64,000 nt of DNA from Alphaproteobacteria bacterium (GTDB taxonomy: Bacteria > Pseudomonadota > Alphaproteobacteria > GCA-2746255). Every line of letters begins with the position of its first letter. Position 1 is the stretch's first letter. The stretch is taken from the NCBI GenBank assembly GCA_965249135.1, contig OZ252220.1, positions 1,504,001 through 1,568,000 of the forward strand, read 5' to 3'. Below are positions 18,871-28,322 of this stretch, piece by piece. The notes below the pieces were generated by a model. It was not told where the DNA came from. It made no database searches and saw only the letters and a list, made by a program, of their open reading frames with translations. Position numbers and translations under genes: made by a program.

Positions 18871-21519
18871 CTATTCGTCGAGCGCCGTCTTCAGGCGGTA
18901 GAGGAGCTCGAGCGCCGCCTTCGGCGTCAGCTCATCGGGGCGTGTCTCGCGAAGCAGGGCCTCGACGGGCGAGGCCTGCGAAGGCGGGGCCGGCGTTCCC
19001 TCAGTCCGGAAAAGCGGCAGATCGTCCGCCAGCCGCGAGAGCGTGCTCTTTCCCTCGCCCGCTTCGAGGGTCGAAAGAATTTCCTCGGCGCGCCGGACGA
19101 CCGCCACCGGCAGGCCGGCGAGCCGACCCACATGGATCCCGTAGGAACGATCCGCAGCCCCGCTCGTTACTTCGTGCAGGAAGACGATTTCGTCCTGCCA
19201 CTCTTTGATCCGCATCGTGTGACAGGAAAGCTTCGCAAGCTTCGCGGCAAGGGCCGTGAGTTCGTGGTAGTGGGTGGCGAAAAGGGTGCGCGCATGGTTC
19301 ACCTCATGGAGGTGTTCGATCGACGCCCAGGCGATCGAAAGCCCATCGTAAGTTGCCGTGCCGCGTCCGATTTCATCCAGAATGACCAAGGAACGCGGCC
19401 CCGCCTGATGGAGAATCACCGCCGTTTCGACCATCTCCACCATGAAGGTCGAGCGCCCCCGGGCCAGATCGTCCGCCGCCCCCACCCGGCTGAACAATCG
19501 ATCGACGACGCCGATGCGGACCGCCGTCGCCGGTACAAAGGATCCCATCTGGGCAAGGATGGCGATCAGCGCGTTCTAACGAAGGAAGGTGCTCTTGCCC
19601 GCCATGTTCGGCCCGGTGACCAGCCACAGATGTTGGTCTTCGCCAAGGTCGCAATCGTTCGCGACGAAGGCGGCTTCGTGATCGCGCGCAAGCGCCTGTT
19701 CGACGACCGGATGACGGCCGCCCGTAATTTCGAAGGCGAGACTTTCTTCGACAAGCGGACGAACGTAGCGGCGCGTGACGGCAAGTTCTGCAAGGGCCGA
19801 GGCAACATCGCACTCGGCCAATGCGGCAGCCGTGGTGGCAATGCCGTCGGCGCGACGCCCGACGTCCGCGACGAGGGATTCGAAGAGCGCGCCCTCCAAC
19901 GCCAAGGCCCGCTCGGCGGCCTGGCGGATGCGGTTCTCCAGTTCCGAGAGCTCGACCGTCGTGAAGCGGCCAGCGGATGCCATCGTCTGTCGATGGAGAA
20001 AGCCGCTCTCCGGCAAGGACAGCTTCGTCGCATGGGCCGTCGTCGCCTCGATGTAGTAGCCCAGCAGGTTGTTGTGACGGATCTTCAGGGAGGCAATCCC
20101 GGTTTCCTTCCGATAGCGGCTCTCGAGATTGGCGATCAGGCGGCGGCTTTCGTCGCGGAGCATCAGGGTTTCATCGAGTTCCGGCGAATAGCCGGGCGCG
20201 ATGAAGCCGCCCTCGCGCGTAAGCGTCGGCAGTTCCGCCCTCAAGGCCCGCGTAAGCTCGTCGACGAGATCGCCATGGGCACCAAGGCCGGCGAGTTGAT
20301 CGGCAACGCCGTCCGGCAGGATGCCGAGGCCTTCGTCGGAAAGGGCGTCGCGCAGGTCCTGGGTCAAGGCCAGCGCATCGCGAACGCCCGCCAAATCCCT
20401 CGGACTTCCGCGCCCAAGCGTCAGTCGCGAGAGCGCACGTTCGAGGTCCGGCGAACCCTTCAGGATCGTGCGCATGCGCTCGCGGCATTTCGGGTTCTCG
20501 AAGAAGAATTGGACCATGTCGAGGCGGCGGGTGATGGCCGCCACTTCCGTGAGCGGCGAAGAAAGACGAAGTGCTAGAAGCCTGGCCCCCGCGCCCGTCA
20601 CCGTCGCATCGATCGTATTCAGCAAAGAACCCTTTCTGCTTCCCGTCTGGCTCCGGGCAAGCTCGAGGTTGCGCCGCGTCGCCACGTCGATCTCAAGCAT
20701 GACGTTCGAGCGAAGTCGCCTGGGCGGCGCCAATCGCGGCAGATGTCCCTTCTGGGTCAGCTCGATATAGTCGATGAGGGCGCCGCAGGCGGCGGCCTCG
20801 GCCCGCAAAAAATTGCCGGAGCCCTCCAGCGCCCGCGCCCCAAAGACGACTTCAAGCCGGCGCTTCGCACTCGCGCTGTCGAAACGCGCCGATGGCAATG
20901 GAGAAAGCTCGGCCCGGGAATCGCGCAACGCGTCTTCGAGCCCGGACCGATCGAACAGGTGATCGGAAAGCAGCACCTCGCCTGGGTCGATCCGGGCGAG
21001 CACGGTCGGAAGCCGTTTCATCGTCGTCGCCTGCACATGAAAATCACCGGTCGACATGTCGAGCCAGGCGACGGCGAGTTCGTTCTCGGCTTCCGCAAGA
21101 GCGGCGAGGAAGTTGTGGTCCCGCACATCCAGCAGGGCGTCTTCCGTCAACGTGCCTTGCGTCACCAGCCGGATGACGTCCCGGCGAACGAGTGTCTTCG
21201 AGCCGCGCTTCTTGGCTTCGCCCGGGTCCTCGACCTGCTCGCAGACGGCGACCTTGAAGCCCTTCCGGATCAGTCTGGAGAGGTAATTGTCCGCCGCATG
21301 CACGGGCACCCCGCACATCGGGATGTCGTCGCCCCGATGCTTGCCCCGTTTCGTGAGCGTGATATCAAGGGCCTCCGACGCCTTCACGGCATCGTCGAAG
21401 AAGAGTTCGTAGAAATCGCCCATCCGGTAGAAGAGGAGGTAGTCCGGATGGGCCTCCTTGATGGTCAGGTACTGGGCGACCATCGGGGTCACCGAAGGGG
21501 CGGATTTCGATTGGCCCAT
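18871..21519 (-). pseudogene. mutS: MutS interrupted by one in-frame TAG at 19576-19578 (nonsense allele or sequencing error)
   Basis: [19 protein letters not shown]; [12 protein letters not shown]-[TAG][16 protein letters not shown] in one frame; [22 protein letters not shown] downstream. Confidence 0.85.
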
Positions 21520-21805
21520 AGGCGAAGGGGGTTCCTCCCACTCCCAATTGCCCGGCGGCTTTCACGCCAGGAACAGGTGGCAAAGAAATCGAATCTAACA
21601 CATACCCCAAGGTACCGGCCACGCCACCGCAGGCGGCGGCGGGCCCGAGCAAAGGCCTTGTTTTGCGCCGAAATCACCCCTGCTGCCCGGGGGACCGTCT
21701 TGCCGGTTGGCTTTGACGGCACCCGCCCACATCCCTACGATCACGGGAATCCGTCGGCGTTCAAGCGGGAAAGGGCCAGCGGAGATAAGGATTGCGCGAG
21801 CGAAG

Positions 21806-24067
21806 ATGGCAGACGACACGAACAAGGTAACCGACCAGGAAGCGCTACTTTTCCATTCGAGCGGCCGGCCCGGCAAGATCGAGATCAAGCCGACGAAACC
21901 GCTGACGACCCAGCGGGACCTGTCGCTTGCCTATTCGCCAGGCGTCGCCGTGCCGTGCGAGCGGATCGCCGAAGACCCCTCGCTTATCTACGACTACACG
22001 GCGAAAGGGAATCTCGTCGCCGTCATCTCGAACGGTAGCGCCGTGCTTGGCCTCGGCAACCTTGGCGCGAGCGCCTCGAAACCGGTTATGGAGGGCAAGG
22101 CGGTTCTTTTCAAACGCTTCGCCGACGTCGACAGCATCGACCTCGAGGTCGACACCCAAGACGTGGACGAATTCGTCAATTGCGTCCGCTTTCTTAGCCC
22201 CAGCTTCGGCGGCATCAACCTCGAAGACATTCGCGCGCCGGAATGCTTTGTCATCGAGCAGCGTCTGCGCGAGTTGATGGACATTCCGGTTTTCCACGAC
22301 GACCAGCACGGGACGGCGATCATTTCCTCCGCCGGGCTTTTGAACGCACTGAACCTGACGGGGCGCCGGATCGAAGACATCAAGATGGTCGTGAACGGAG
22401 CGGGCGCGGCCGGTATCGCCTGTCTCGAACTGGTGAAGGCGATGGGCGCGCGCCCAGAAAACATCATCCTGTGCGATACGAAGGGCGTCATCTATCGCGA
22501 GCGTGAAGCGGGCATGAACCAGTGGAAATCCGCCCATGCCGTCGACACGGAGGCGCGCACGCTGACGGACGCGATGAAGGGTGCCGACGTTTTCTTTGGC
22601 CTTTCCGTCAAGGGCGCCGTCGACGCTAACATGGTCGCCAGCATGGCCGATAAACCAATCCTCTTCGTGATGGCGAACCCGGACCCGGAGATCTCGCCGG
22701 AGGAAATCAATGCCATCCGGGACGATGCCATCGTCGCCACCGGGCGTTCGGACTATCCGAACCAGGTGAACAACGTTTTGGGTTTCCCCTACATCTTCCG
22801 TGGCGCGCTGGATGTCCGCGCCTCGACGATCAACGACGAGATGAAGATCGCCGCGGCACGGGCGCTAGCCAGCCTGGCCCGCGAGGACGTTCCCGACGAG
22901 GTCACCGCGGCCTATGCCGGCCAGCGCCTACAATACGGGCCCGACTACATCATCCCGGCGCCTTTCGACCCGCGCCTCATCTCGGCCGTGCCGGTCGCCG
23001 TCGCCGAAGCCGCGATGGAATCCGGCGTCGCCCGCAAGCCGATCATCGACATGGACGGCTACCGCCGGGAGCTTGCCTCGCGCCTCGACCCGACGACGGC
23101 GAGCCTCCAGCTCATCTTCGAGCGCGTCCGGCACAACCCCCGCCGCATCGTCTTCGCCGAAGGCGAGGAAGAAAAAGTGATCCGGGCCGCCATCGCGTTT
23201 CGCAGCGCCGGCTACGGCACGCCGGTCCTCATCGGCCGCGACCATCTGATCACGGAAGCGATGGAGCAGCTTGGTTTTAACGATACGGACTCCCTTGAGA
23301 TCCACAACGCCCGCCTCAGCAAGCACAACAAGCGCTATACGGAATACGTCTATGAGCGGTTGCAACGGGACGGCGTGCTCTACCGCGACTGCCAGCGGAT
23401 GGTAAACCAGGACCGCAACGTGTTTGCCGCCTGCATGGTCGCCCTTGGCGAGGCGGACGCGATGGTGACCGGGCTCACCCGGAGCTACACCGTCTCCTAT
23501 AAGGAGATCATGCGCGTGCTGGATTCGAAGCCGGACACACCGGTGTTCGGACTTTCCGTCGTCGTCGCACCCCACCGCACCGTCTTCCTTGCCGACACGA
23601 CCGTTCATGAAACTCCGACAGCGGAAATGCTTGCGGACATCGCCGTCCAGGCGGCGAAAAGCGCACGGGTGTGGGGGCATGAACCGCGGGTCGCCATGAT
23701 CTCGTTCATGAATTTCGGAAACCGCAAGGCAGATGGGGCAAACCGGGTGCGCGATGCGATTCGCGCGCTTGACCGGCGCAACGTCGATTTCGAGTATGAC
23801 GGGGAAATGGCCCCGGACGTAGCCCTTAACCCGGAACTCAGGAAGCTCTATCCCTTCTGCAATCTTTCCGATTCGGCAAACGTGCTTGTCATGCCGGATC
23901 TTGCGAGCGCCAACATCGCGTCGAAACTGGTTCAGGAACTTGGCGAAGTCACGGTGATCGGCCCGATCCTGTCAGGATTGTCGAAGCCCGCGCAGATCGC
24001 CCACATGGGAGCGACGGTTTCCGATATCGTGAACCTGGCGGCGTTGGCCGCCCACGCCGCCGAATAA
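21806..24067 (+). CDS. maeB: NADP-dependent malic enzyme with phosphotransacetylase-like domain
   Basis: LSLAYSPGVA, KPVMEGK, FHDDQHGT, GAGAAG, ATGRSD, IVFAEGE. Confidence 0.94.
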   Translation: MADDTNKVTDQEALLFHSSGRPGKIEIKPTKPLTTQRDLSLAYSPGVAVPCERIAEDPSLIYDYTAKGNLVAVISNGSAVLGLGNLGASASKPVMEGKAVLFKRFADVDSIDLEVDTQDVDEFVNCVRFLSPSFGGINLEDIRAPECFVIEQRLRELMDIPVFHDDQHGTAIISSAGLLNALNLTGRRIEDIKMVVNGAGAAGIACLELVKAMGARPENIILCDTKGVIYREREAGMNQWKSAHAVDTEARTLTDAMKGADVFFGLSVKGAVDANMVASMADKPILFVMANPDPEISPEEINAIRDDAIVATGRSDYPNQVNNVLGFPYIFRGALDVRASTINDEMKIAAARALASLAREDVPDEVTAAYAGQRLQYGPDYIIPAPFDPRLISAVPVAVAEAAMESGVARKPIIDMDGYRRELASRLDPTTASLQLIFERVRHNPRRIVFAEGEEEKVIRAAIAFRSAGYGTPVLIGRDHLITEAMEQLGFNDTDSLEIHNARLSKHNKRYTEYVYERLQRDGVLYRDCQRMVNQDRNVFAACMVALGEADAMVTGLTRSYTVSYKEIMRVLDSKPDTPVFGLSVVVAPHRTVFLADTTVHETPTAEMLADIAVQAAKSARVWGHEPRVAMISFMNFGNRKADGANRVRDAIRALDRRNVDFEYDGEMAPDVALNPELRKLYPFCNLSDSANVLVMPDLASANIASKLVQELGEVTVIGPILSGLSKPAQIAHMGATVSDIVNLAALAAHAAE

Positions 24068-24146
24068 ACGGGGGCTGAACCACCACCTTCGCCTCACCGT
24101 CTCAGGCACGGTTTTAAGCCGAGCCATATATAGTAAGAGGACCCGA

Positions 24147-25556
24147 ATGCCCGAGCGTGGTCAGCCCCGAACCATTCCCAAGCGTTGGTTCCTCCTGTGG
24201 GCGGCCGTCGTGGCACCCGGCGTCGGCGTGCTGGCGCTGCTGGTCCTGTTTAGCCAGGCCACGCTGTGGCCGGCGATCCTTGGCGGGACGCTGGGCGCCG
24301 TCGCGCTTTTCTTCATCGTTCGCGCCTATCTCGCCGATTTCGATGCGGTCATCGCCTATATCGGCGATCTGGCCCGGGGCGGAAAGCCGCCGACGCCGGA
24401 AGTTCGCGGGCATAGCGCATCGGATGAAATTCTTTCCGTGATCGAGGCGCTCAACCGATCGCAGATCCGGCGAACGGCGGAACTTGAAACGCTCGCCGAA
24501 GCAAACGTCACCATCCTCGACAGCATCCCCGATCCGTTACTTCTGCTCGACGGCGCGCGGCGGATCCGTCAGGCGAACCGGGCGGCGCGCGCGTTGGTGA
24601 CGGCAAATCCAATCGGTCAGGATCTCGCCGCCGTCATTCGCGATCCGGTGCTTCTCGAGGAAGTCGACGTCGCACTCGAAACCCGGTCGGATCGCGAGGC
24701 CCAGTTCACGTTTCCCTATCCCCGCCCGCAGCACTTCCTGGTTCGCATCATCCCGCTTGCGAAACCAGCCAAGGATGGCACGGCATTGATCGTCAGCCTC
24801 CACGATCTTACGGCGGTGAAGCAGTTGGAACAGACGCGCGTCGACTTCATCGCGAATGTGAGCCACGAACTCCGCACGCCGCTTTCCACGCTCGTCGGTT
24901 TCATCGAGACCCTCCAGGGGCCCGCAAAGGATGACCCGAAAGCGCGCGCGCACTTCTTGGAAATCATGGATGGTCAGACGAAACGGATGGTGCGGTTGGT
25001 CGAAGACCTGCTCTCCCTTTCCCGGATCGAGCTTAGCGAACATCTCTTGCCCCCCGGCACGGTTCCGATCGGCGATGTGCTGAAGACGTTACGTGACATG
25101 CTTGCGCTCGAGGCGAAATCCCAAGGCATGACGATCGAGCTCGAATTGGCGGCAGACCTGCCGGAGATCCCCGGCGACCGGGACGAGCTGACCCAGCTCT
25201 TTCAGAACCTCATCGACAACGCCATCAAATATGGCGGCGCCGACACGGTGATCCGGATCGCGGCAAGAAAGGTGGCGCGTCCAACTGTGAGCGGCCTTCC
25301 CGGACCGGTCCTTAGCGTGGCGGTGCGGGACGAAGGCGAGGGGATCGCGCCGGAGCATCTCTCGCGGCTGACGGAGCGTTTCTACCGCATCGACCGGGCG
25401 CGTTCGCGGGAGCTTGGAGGCACCGGGCTGGGCCTGGCCATCGTGAAACACATCGTGAACCGCCACCGGGGCAGGCTAACGATCGAAAGCACCCTTGGAA
25501 CGGGCAGCATCTTCACGGTCTTCCTGCCTTTGGAGGCGGAAGCGGTACAGTCCTAA
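24147..25556 (+). CDS. phoR: Phosphate regulon sensor kinase PhoR (last codons supplied by the IS end)
   Basis: TM segments, PAS, DFIANVSHELRTPL, NAIKYG, GGTGLGL; upstream of pst operon. Confidence 0.9.
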   Translation: MPERGQPRTIPKRWFLLWAAVVAPGVGVLALLVLFSQATLWPAILGGTLGAVALFFIVRAYLADFDAVIAYIGDLARGGKPPTPEVRGHSASDEILSVIEALNRSQIRRTAELETLAEANVTILDSIPDPLLLLDGARRIRQANRAARALVTANPIGQDLAAVIRDPVLLEEVDVALETRSDREAQFTFPYPRPQHFLVRIIPLAKPAKDGTALIVSLHDLTAVKQLEQTRVDFIANVSHELRTPLSTLVGFIETLQGPAKDDPKARAHFLEIMDGQTKRMVRLVEDLLSLSRIELSEHLLPPGTVPIGDVLKTLRDMLALEAKSQGMTIELELAADLPEIPGDRDELTQLFQNLIDNAIKYGGADTVIRIAARKVARPTVSGLPGPVLSVAVRDEGEGIAPEHLSRLTERFYRIDRARSRELGGTGLGLAIVKHIVNRHRGRLTIESTLGTGSIFTVFLPLEAEAVQS

Positions 25557-25637
25557 TTTGGGATGAAGTGTCCTAAATACGTGCATGGAGTGTCCAAAAT
25601 TAACCGAACACTAACCCAGCCGAGGCATTAATGAATT

Positions 25638-25919
25638 ATGGAATCCAAGACTGATATGCGCGCCGATCTAGAGCGGGTTCTAGCCTGGGCCAACGAAAAG
25701 CTTGCTGCGGGACAGGAGCCCCCGTGGGCTTGGTATCAGTACATGAAGCTGCGCGAGACGCTTGAGGCCATCTTGGCGGGGATGGATGCCGTTACCACGG
25801 AGGGTTCACCTCAATCGGCTGAACATTTGGAAAAGCATCTCCGGCTAGTGGCAGATACCGATCCGCAAGATAGCGCTCCACGCCGTCCCGCTGGGCTGCC
25901 GACACGGCTGCCCATGTGA
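25638..25919 (+). CDS. Hypothetical small protein (cargo), overlapping the nuclease-like ORF in antisense
   Basis: GAGG upstream; helical N-terminus WANEKLAAGQEPPWAWYQYMKL. Confidence 0.5.
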   Translation: MESKTDMRADLERVLAWANEKLAAGQEPPWAWYQYMKLRETLEAILAGMDAVTTEGSPQSAEHLEKHLRLVADTDPQDSAPRRPAGLPTRLPM

Positions 25920-26142
25920 CGTGAAGGACTCCCCGCTTTGCATAAGCAAGAATTTTTGGATCGGCACGGTGTTGGGCCAACCGGCCGGCAACATCTCCCT
26001 GTCCCAAACGAACGACGCGGTCAGGATCGCCTTCATGCCAGATGATGTAAACACCAGCCGTTTTCATATTTAGATTCAGGCGCTCAAACAAACACCAGTG
26101 GCCGTCATCGCCACATTTTATCCATTTAACTGTCAGCATCAT
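25792..26142 (-). CDS. Small GIY-YIG-like nuclease (cargo)
   Basis: GVYIIW...VRLGQG.V..RL.QH...VERYL pattern resembles the GIY-YIG fold; second motif degenerate. Confidence 0.6.
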   Translation of the reverse strand: MMLTVKWIKCGDDGHWCLFERLNLNMKTAGVYIIWHEGDPDRVVRLGQGDVAGRLAQHRADPKILAYAKRGVLHVTWAAVSAAQRDGVERYLADRYLPLAGDAFPNVQPIEVNPPW

Positions 26143-26947
26143 TCGATTCCTTCATTCCCGTAGTTGACGGCTGCCCCTTCTCGCCGTCCCGATAGACAAG
26201 CTCAAAGCTGTTTTCCAGAATACCGAGCCAGAGCTTGCGTTCGGACTTCGGCCATGTGTCGCCGGACTTGGGGAGCCGATTAATAAGCCCCCGAATAATG
26301 GGGTCTAAACTGAACTCATTGCCACCCCCGCCATTGTCGTGCGCGCCGGTCCCACTACCTTTATTATGGTTATCGGCTGGTGGCGTAACATGCCCCCCGC
26401 TTTTAGTGCCAGGCTGGACCAGTCGGTCCTTTCCGTTTTCATAAAAATTGGCTTCAGCGGCAGATCGTTCCAGTGTTTGCCGTGCGCGGGCCTTTTGCTT
26501 TTCAGCAACGCCAAAAGTCACCAAAGCGCGTTCTAGTTTTGCCGCTGGCGGGATTTGTTGACCACGCCAGTTTTCATAAACGCGCTTAAACAACGGGACA
26601 TTGAGGAACGCTTGAACTTTTGCTGCCCGCGCGTGGTGTTCATCAAGCGCTTTGGGCGCGAGATCCGATAGTCGGACGCCGGACGATTTGCCTGACTCGA
26701 TCAAACCAAACAGCCGCGTCGCCGACATGCGGGACCGATAACCGCTGCTCTTGGAACTGAGGTCAGTCCACGCCGCCACCTGATCATCGGTGCAATCGTC
26801 TGCCCCAGCGTTATTTGATATGGCACGGACAATCTTGAGGCATTCGCCCAAGTCAAAATATGGAAATTGAATAGACGATCGTTCGTAGTTGGAACCATCG
26901 CCCTGGTTGCCCTGTGCCGCTGCGTTGGCTTCCTCGTCACCATTCAT
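26126..26947 (-). CDS. Hypothetical ~273-aa protein with possible winged-helix domains (cargo)
   Basis: Own promoter and SD (AGAAAGGA); FPYFDL...SATRLFGLIE region, Gly/Asn-rich linker, C-terminal WPKSERKLWL domain; overlaps start of the nuclease-like ORF. Confidence 0.7.
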   Translation of the reverse strand: MNGDEEANAAAQGNQGDGSNYERSSIQFPYFDLGECLKIVRAISNNAGADDCTDDQVAAWTDLSSKSSGYRSRMSATRLFGLIESGKSSGVRLSDLAPKALDEHHARAAKVQAFLNVPLFKRVYENWRGQQIPPAAKLERALVTFGVAEKQKARARQTLERSAAEANFYENGKDRLVQPGTKSGGHVTPPADNHNKGSGTGAHDNGGGGNEFSLDPIIRGLINRLPKSGDTWPKSERKLWLGILENSFELVYRDGEKGQPSTTGMKESNDADS

Positions 26948-26986
26948 GTGAACCACCCAATCCTTTCTTTTGGATTCAACGGGCAC

Positions 26987-27015
26987 ATTATGAGCGCGAC
27001 TGTCTGCGTCGTCAA
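26987..27015 (-). promoter_or_regulatory. sigma70 promoter for cargo operon
   Basis: TTGACG-17 nt-CATAAT on minus strand. Confidence 0.7.
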
Positions 27016-27035
27016 GCAATATTTTGGATTCGAGG

Positions 27036-27064
27036 TTGACAGATGGATTCGCGGCAGACATAAT
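27036..27064 (+). promoter_or_regulatory. sigma70 promoter for the mini-ORF/tRNA-like transcript
   Basis: TTGACA-17 nt-CATAAT on plus strand. Confidence 0.75.
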
Positions 27065-27092
27065 AGGCTCGCAACAACCGAGGAGACCTGCC

Positions 27093-27176
27093 ATGAGGAG
27101 GGTCGAGAGCCTCTGGCGACGTAGCCGACCAAAGGGGGCGAGGAAAAAGACAGGGGCCGTGCCTCTACCCCGCTAA
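27093..27176 (+). CDS. Putative 27-aa basic mini-ORF MRRVESLWRRSRPKGARKKTGAVPLPR
   Basis: GAGGAG SD 7 nt before ATG, just downstream of the promoter; begins ATG AGG AGG. Confidence 0.4.
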   Translation: MRRVESLWRRSRPKGARKKTGAVPLPR

Positions 27177-27212
27177 AGGTCTGGAACGGCCCCTTAATCG
27201 GCACTAACTGGG

Positions 27213-27283
27213 CCCCGGTTCGTCTAGTGGCAGGACCCCCTCTTTACAGGTCGGAGACCTACGTTCAAATCGTAGACCAGGGA
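27213..27283 (+). tRNA. Degenerate tRNA-Val(TAC)-like cloverleaf (pseudo-tRNA or tRNA mimic)
   Basis: Acceptor CCCCGGT/ACCAGGG (6/7), D arm GTCT-AGTGGCA-GGAC, anticodon stem CCCTC/GTCGG (3/5) with loop TTTACAG, perfect T arm CTACG-TTCAAAT-CGTAG; no encoded CCA. Confidence 0.65.
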
Positions 27284-27284
27284 C

Positions 27285-27291
27285 TTTTTTT
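27285..27291 (+). terminator. T7 tract just after the tRNA-like structure (possible intrinsic termination point)
   Basis: TTTTTTT one base after the discriminator. Confidence 0.4.
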
Positions 27292-27446
27292 AAACCGGGA
27301 ACCGATGGCTGTTGTAGCAGCCACCGGCCCTTGATCAAAAACCCAGGGATTTGGCCCCTGAGCCGTGACCGAGGAATATATAGCAGATTCAGAGCTGTAT
27401 TTCCACAATGGCATGGGCCTATCCCGAGCAAATAGGGATTGGTCCC

Positions 27447-28322
27447 ATGAACATTCTACCGCTTGATAGGCAAATCCAAGCCGTTAGCGCCCTTACCGAG
27501 GGGTGTTCCATCCGCGCGGCCGAACGCCTTACAGGCGTCCACCGGGACACAATCATGCGCCTTGGGGTCCGAGTCGGGGAAGGGTGCCAGCACCTCCATG
27601 ACCGGCAGATGCAGGGGCTTCATGTCCCCATCATCGAATTGGACGAGATTTGGGCCTATGTCGGCATGAAACAACGGAAGGCTGGCCCGCACCCAGAGAT
27701 GGGCGACCAGTACACCTGCACAGCCCTAGACGCGACGAACAAGGCAATCATCTCCTACCTCACAGGCAAGCGGGACGCGCCGAATACTCACGCCTTTGCT
27801 TACGATCTTGCCAGCCGCATTACGAACCGGCCCGAAGTCACGTCCGATGGCTTTGGGCCTTATGTAGAAGCCGTCCTTGGCGCGTTTGGGTATGACGGGG
27901 TGGATTTTGGCCAGATCGTCAAGCACTACGAGGGCGAGCGAGGGCAACAGGCTTCCCGAAAATACTCCCCCGGCCGAATTGTAAGCGTACAGAAAACCGT
28001 AGTATCCGGCACGCCACGTCGCCTTTCGACCTCCCTCGTTGAACGGTCGAATCTAACCCTTCGGATGCAGCAACGGCGGTTCACTCGACTGACCAATGGG
28101 TTCAGCAAGAAGCTCCAAAACCACAAGGCAGCGGTCAGCCTTTTCGTGGCTCACTACAACTTTTGCCGGGTCCACAGTACCATCCAGATCACGCCAGCCA
28201 TGGCTCTTGGGGTCACAGACCACATCTGGACCATCGGCGAATTGATCGAAGCGGCGACCGGACCCGAGCCACAAGGTCACACGGCTGGACGGTTCCGGGT
28301 GATTGATGGCGGATTGTCCTAA
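27447..28322 (+). CDS. IS1-family single-ORF DDE transposase
   Basis: HTH EGCSIRAAERLTGVHRDTI, ELDEIWAYVG, TSDGF, STSLVERSNLTLR, RRFTRLTNGFSKK, TPAMA. Confidence 0.9.
   Translation: MNILPLDRQIQAVSALTEGCSIRAAERLTGVHRDTIMRLGVRVGEGCQHLHDRQMQGLHVPIIELDEIWAYVGMKQRKAGPHPEMGDQYTCTALDATNKAIISYLTGKRDAPNTHAFAYDLASRITNRPEVTSDGFGPYVEAVLGAFGYDGVDFGQIVKHYEGERGQQASRKYSPGRIVSVQKTVVSGTPRRLSTSLVERSNLTLRMQQRRFTRLTNGFSKKLQNHKAAVSLFVAHYNFCRVHSTIQITPAMALGVTDHIWTIGELIEAATGPEPQGHTAGRFRVIDGGLS

Noticed and set aside
19576-19578. TAG recoding (pyrrolysine or alternative genetic code)
   Set aside because: TAG ends several normal genes in the window, no other gene shows an internal TAG, and no pyl genes are visible
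26948-27094. 49-aa N-terminal extension of the 322-aa ORF in the track
   Set aside because: It spans the two promoters; SD and promoter positions favour a start at 26947 (or GTG 26956)
27242-27248. Reading the tRNA-like loop as anticodon TTA (an ochre/amber suppressor that could read through the mutS TAG)
   Set aside because: That register pairs no better, removes position 26 and puts C at position 37; the TAC register fits canonical spacing
27204-27431. 75-aa minus-strand ORF
   Set aside because: Its C-terminal part is simply the antisense translation of the tRNA-like element
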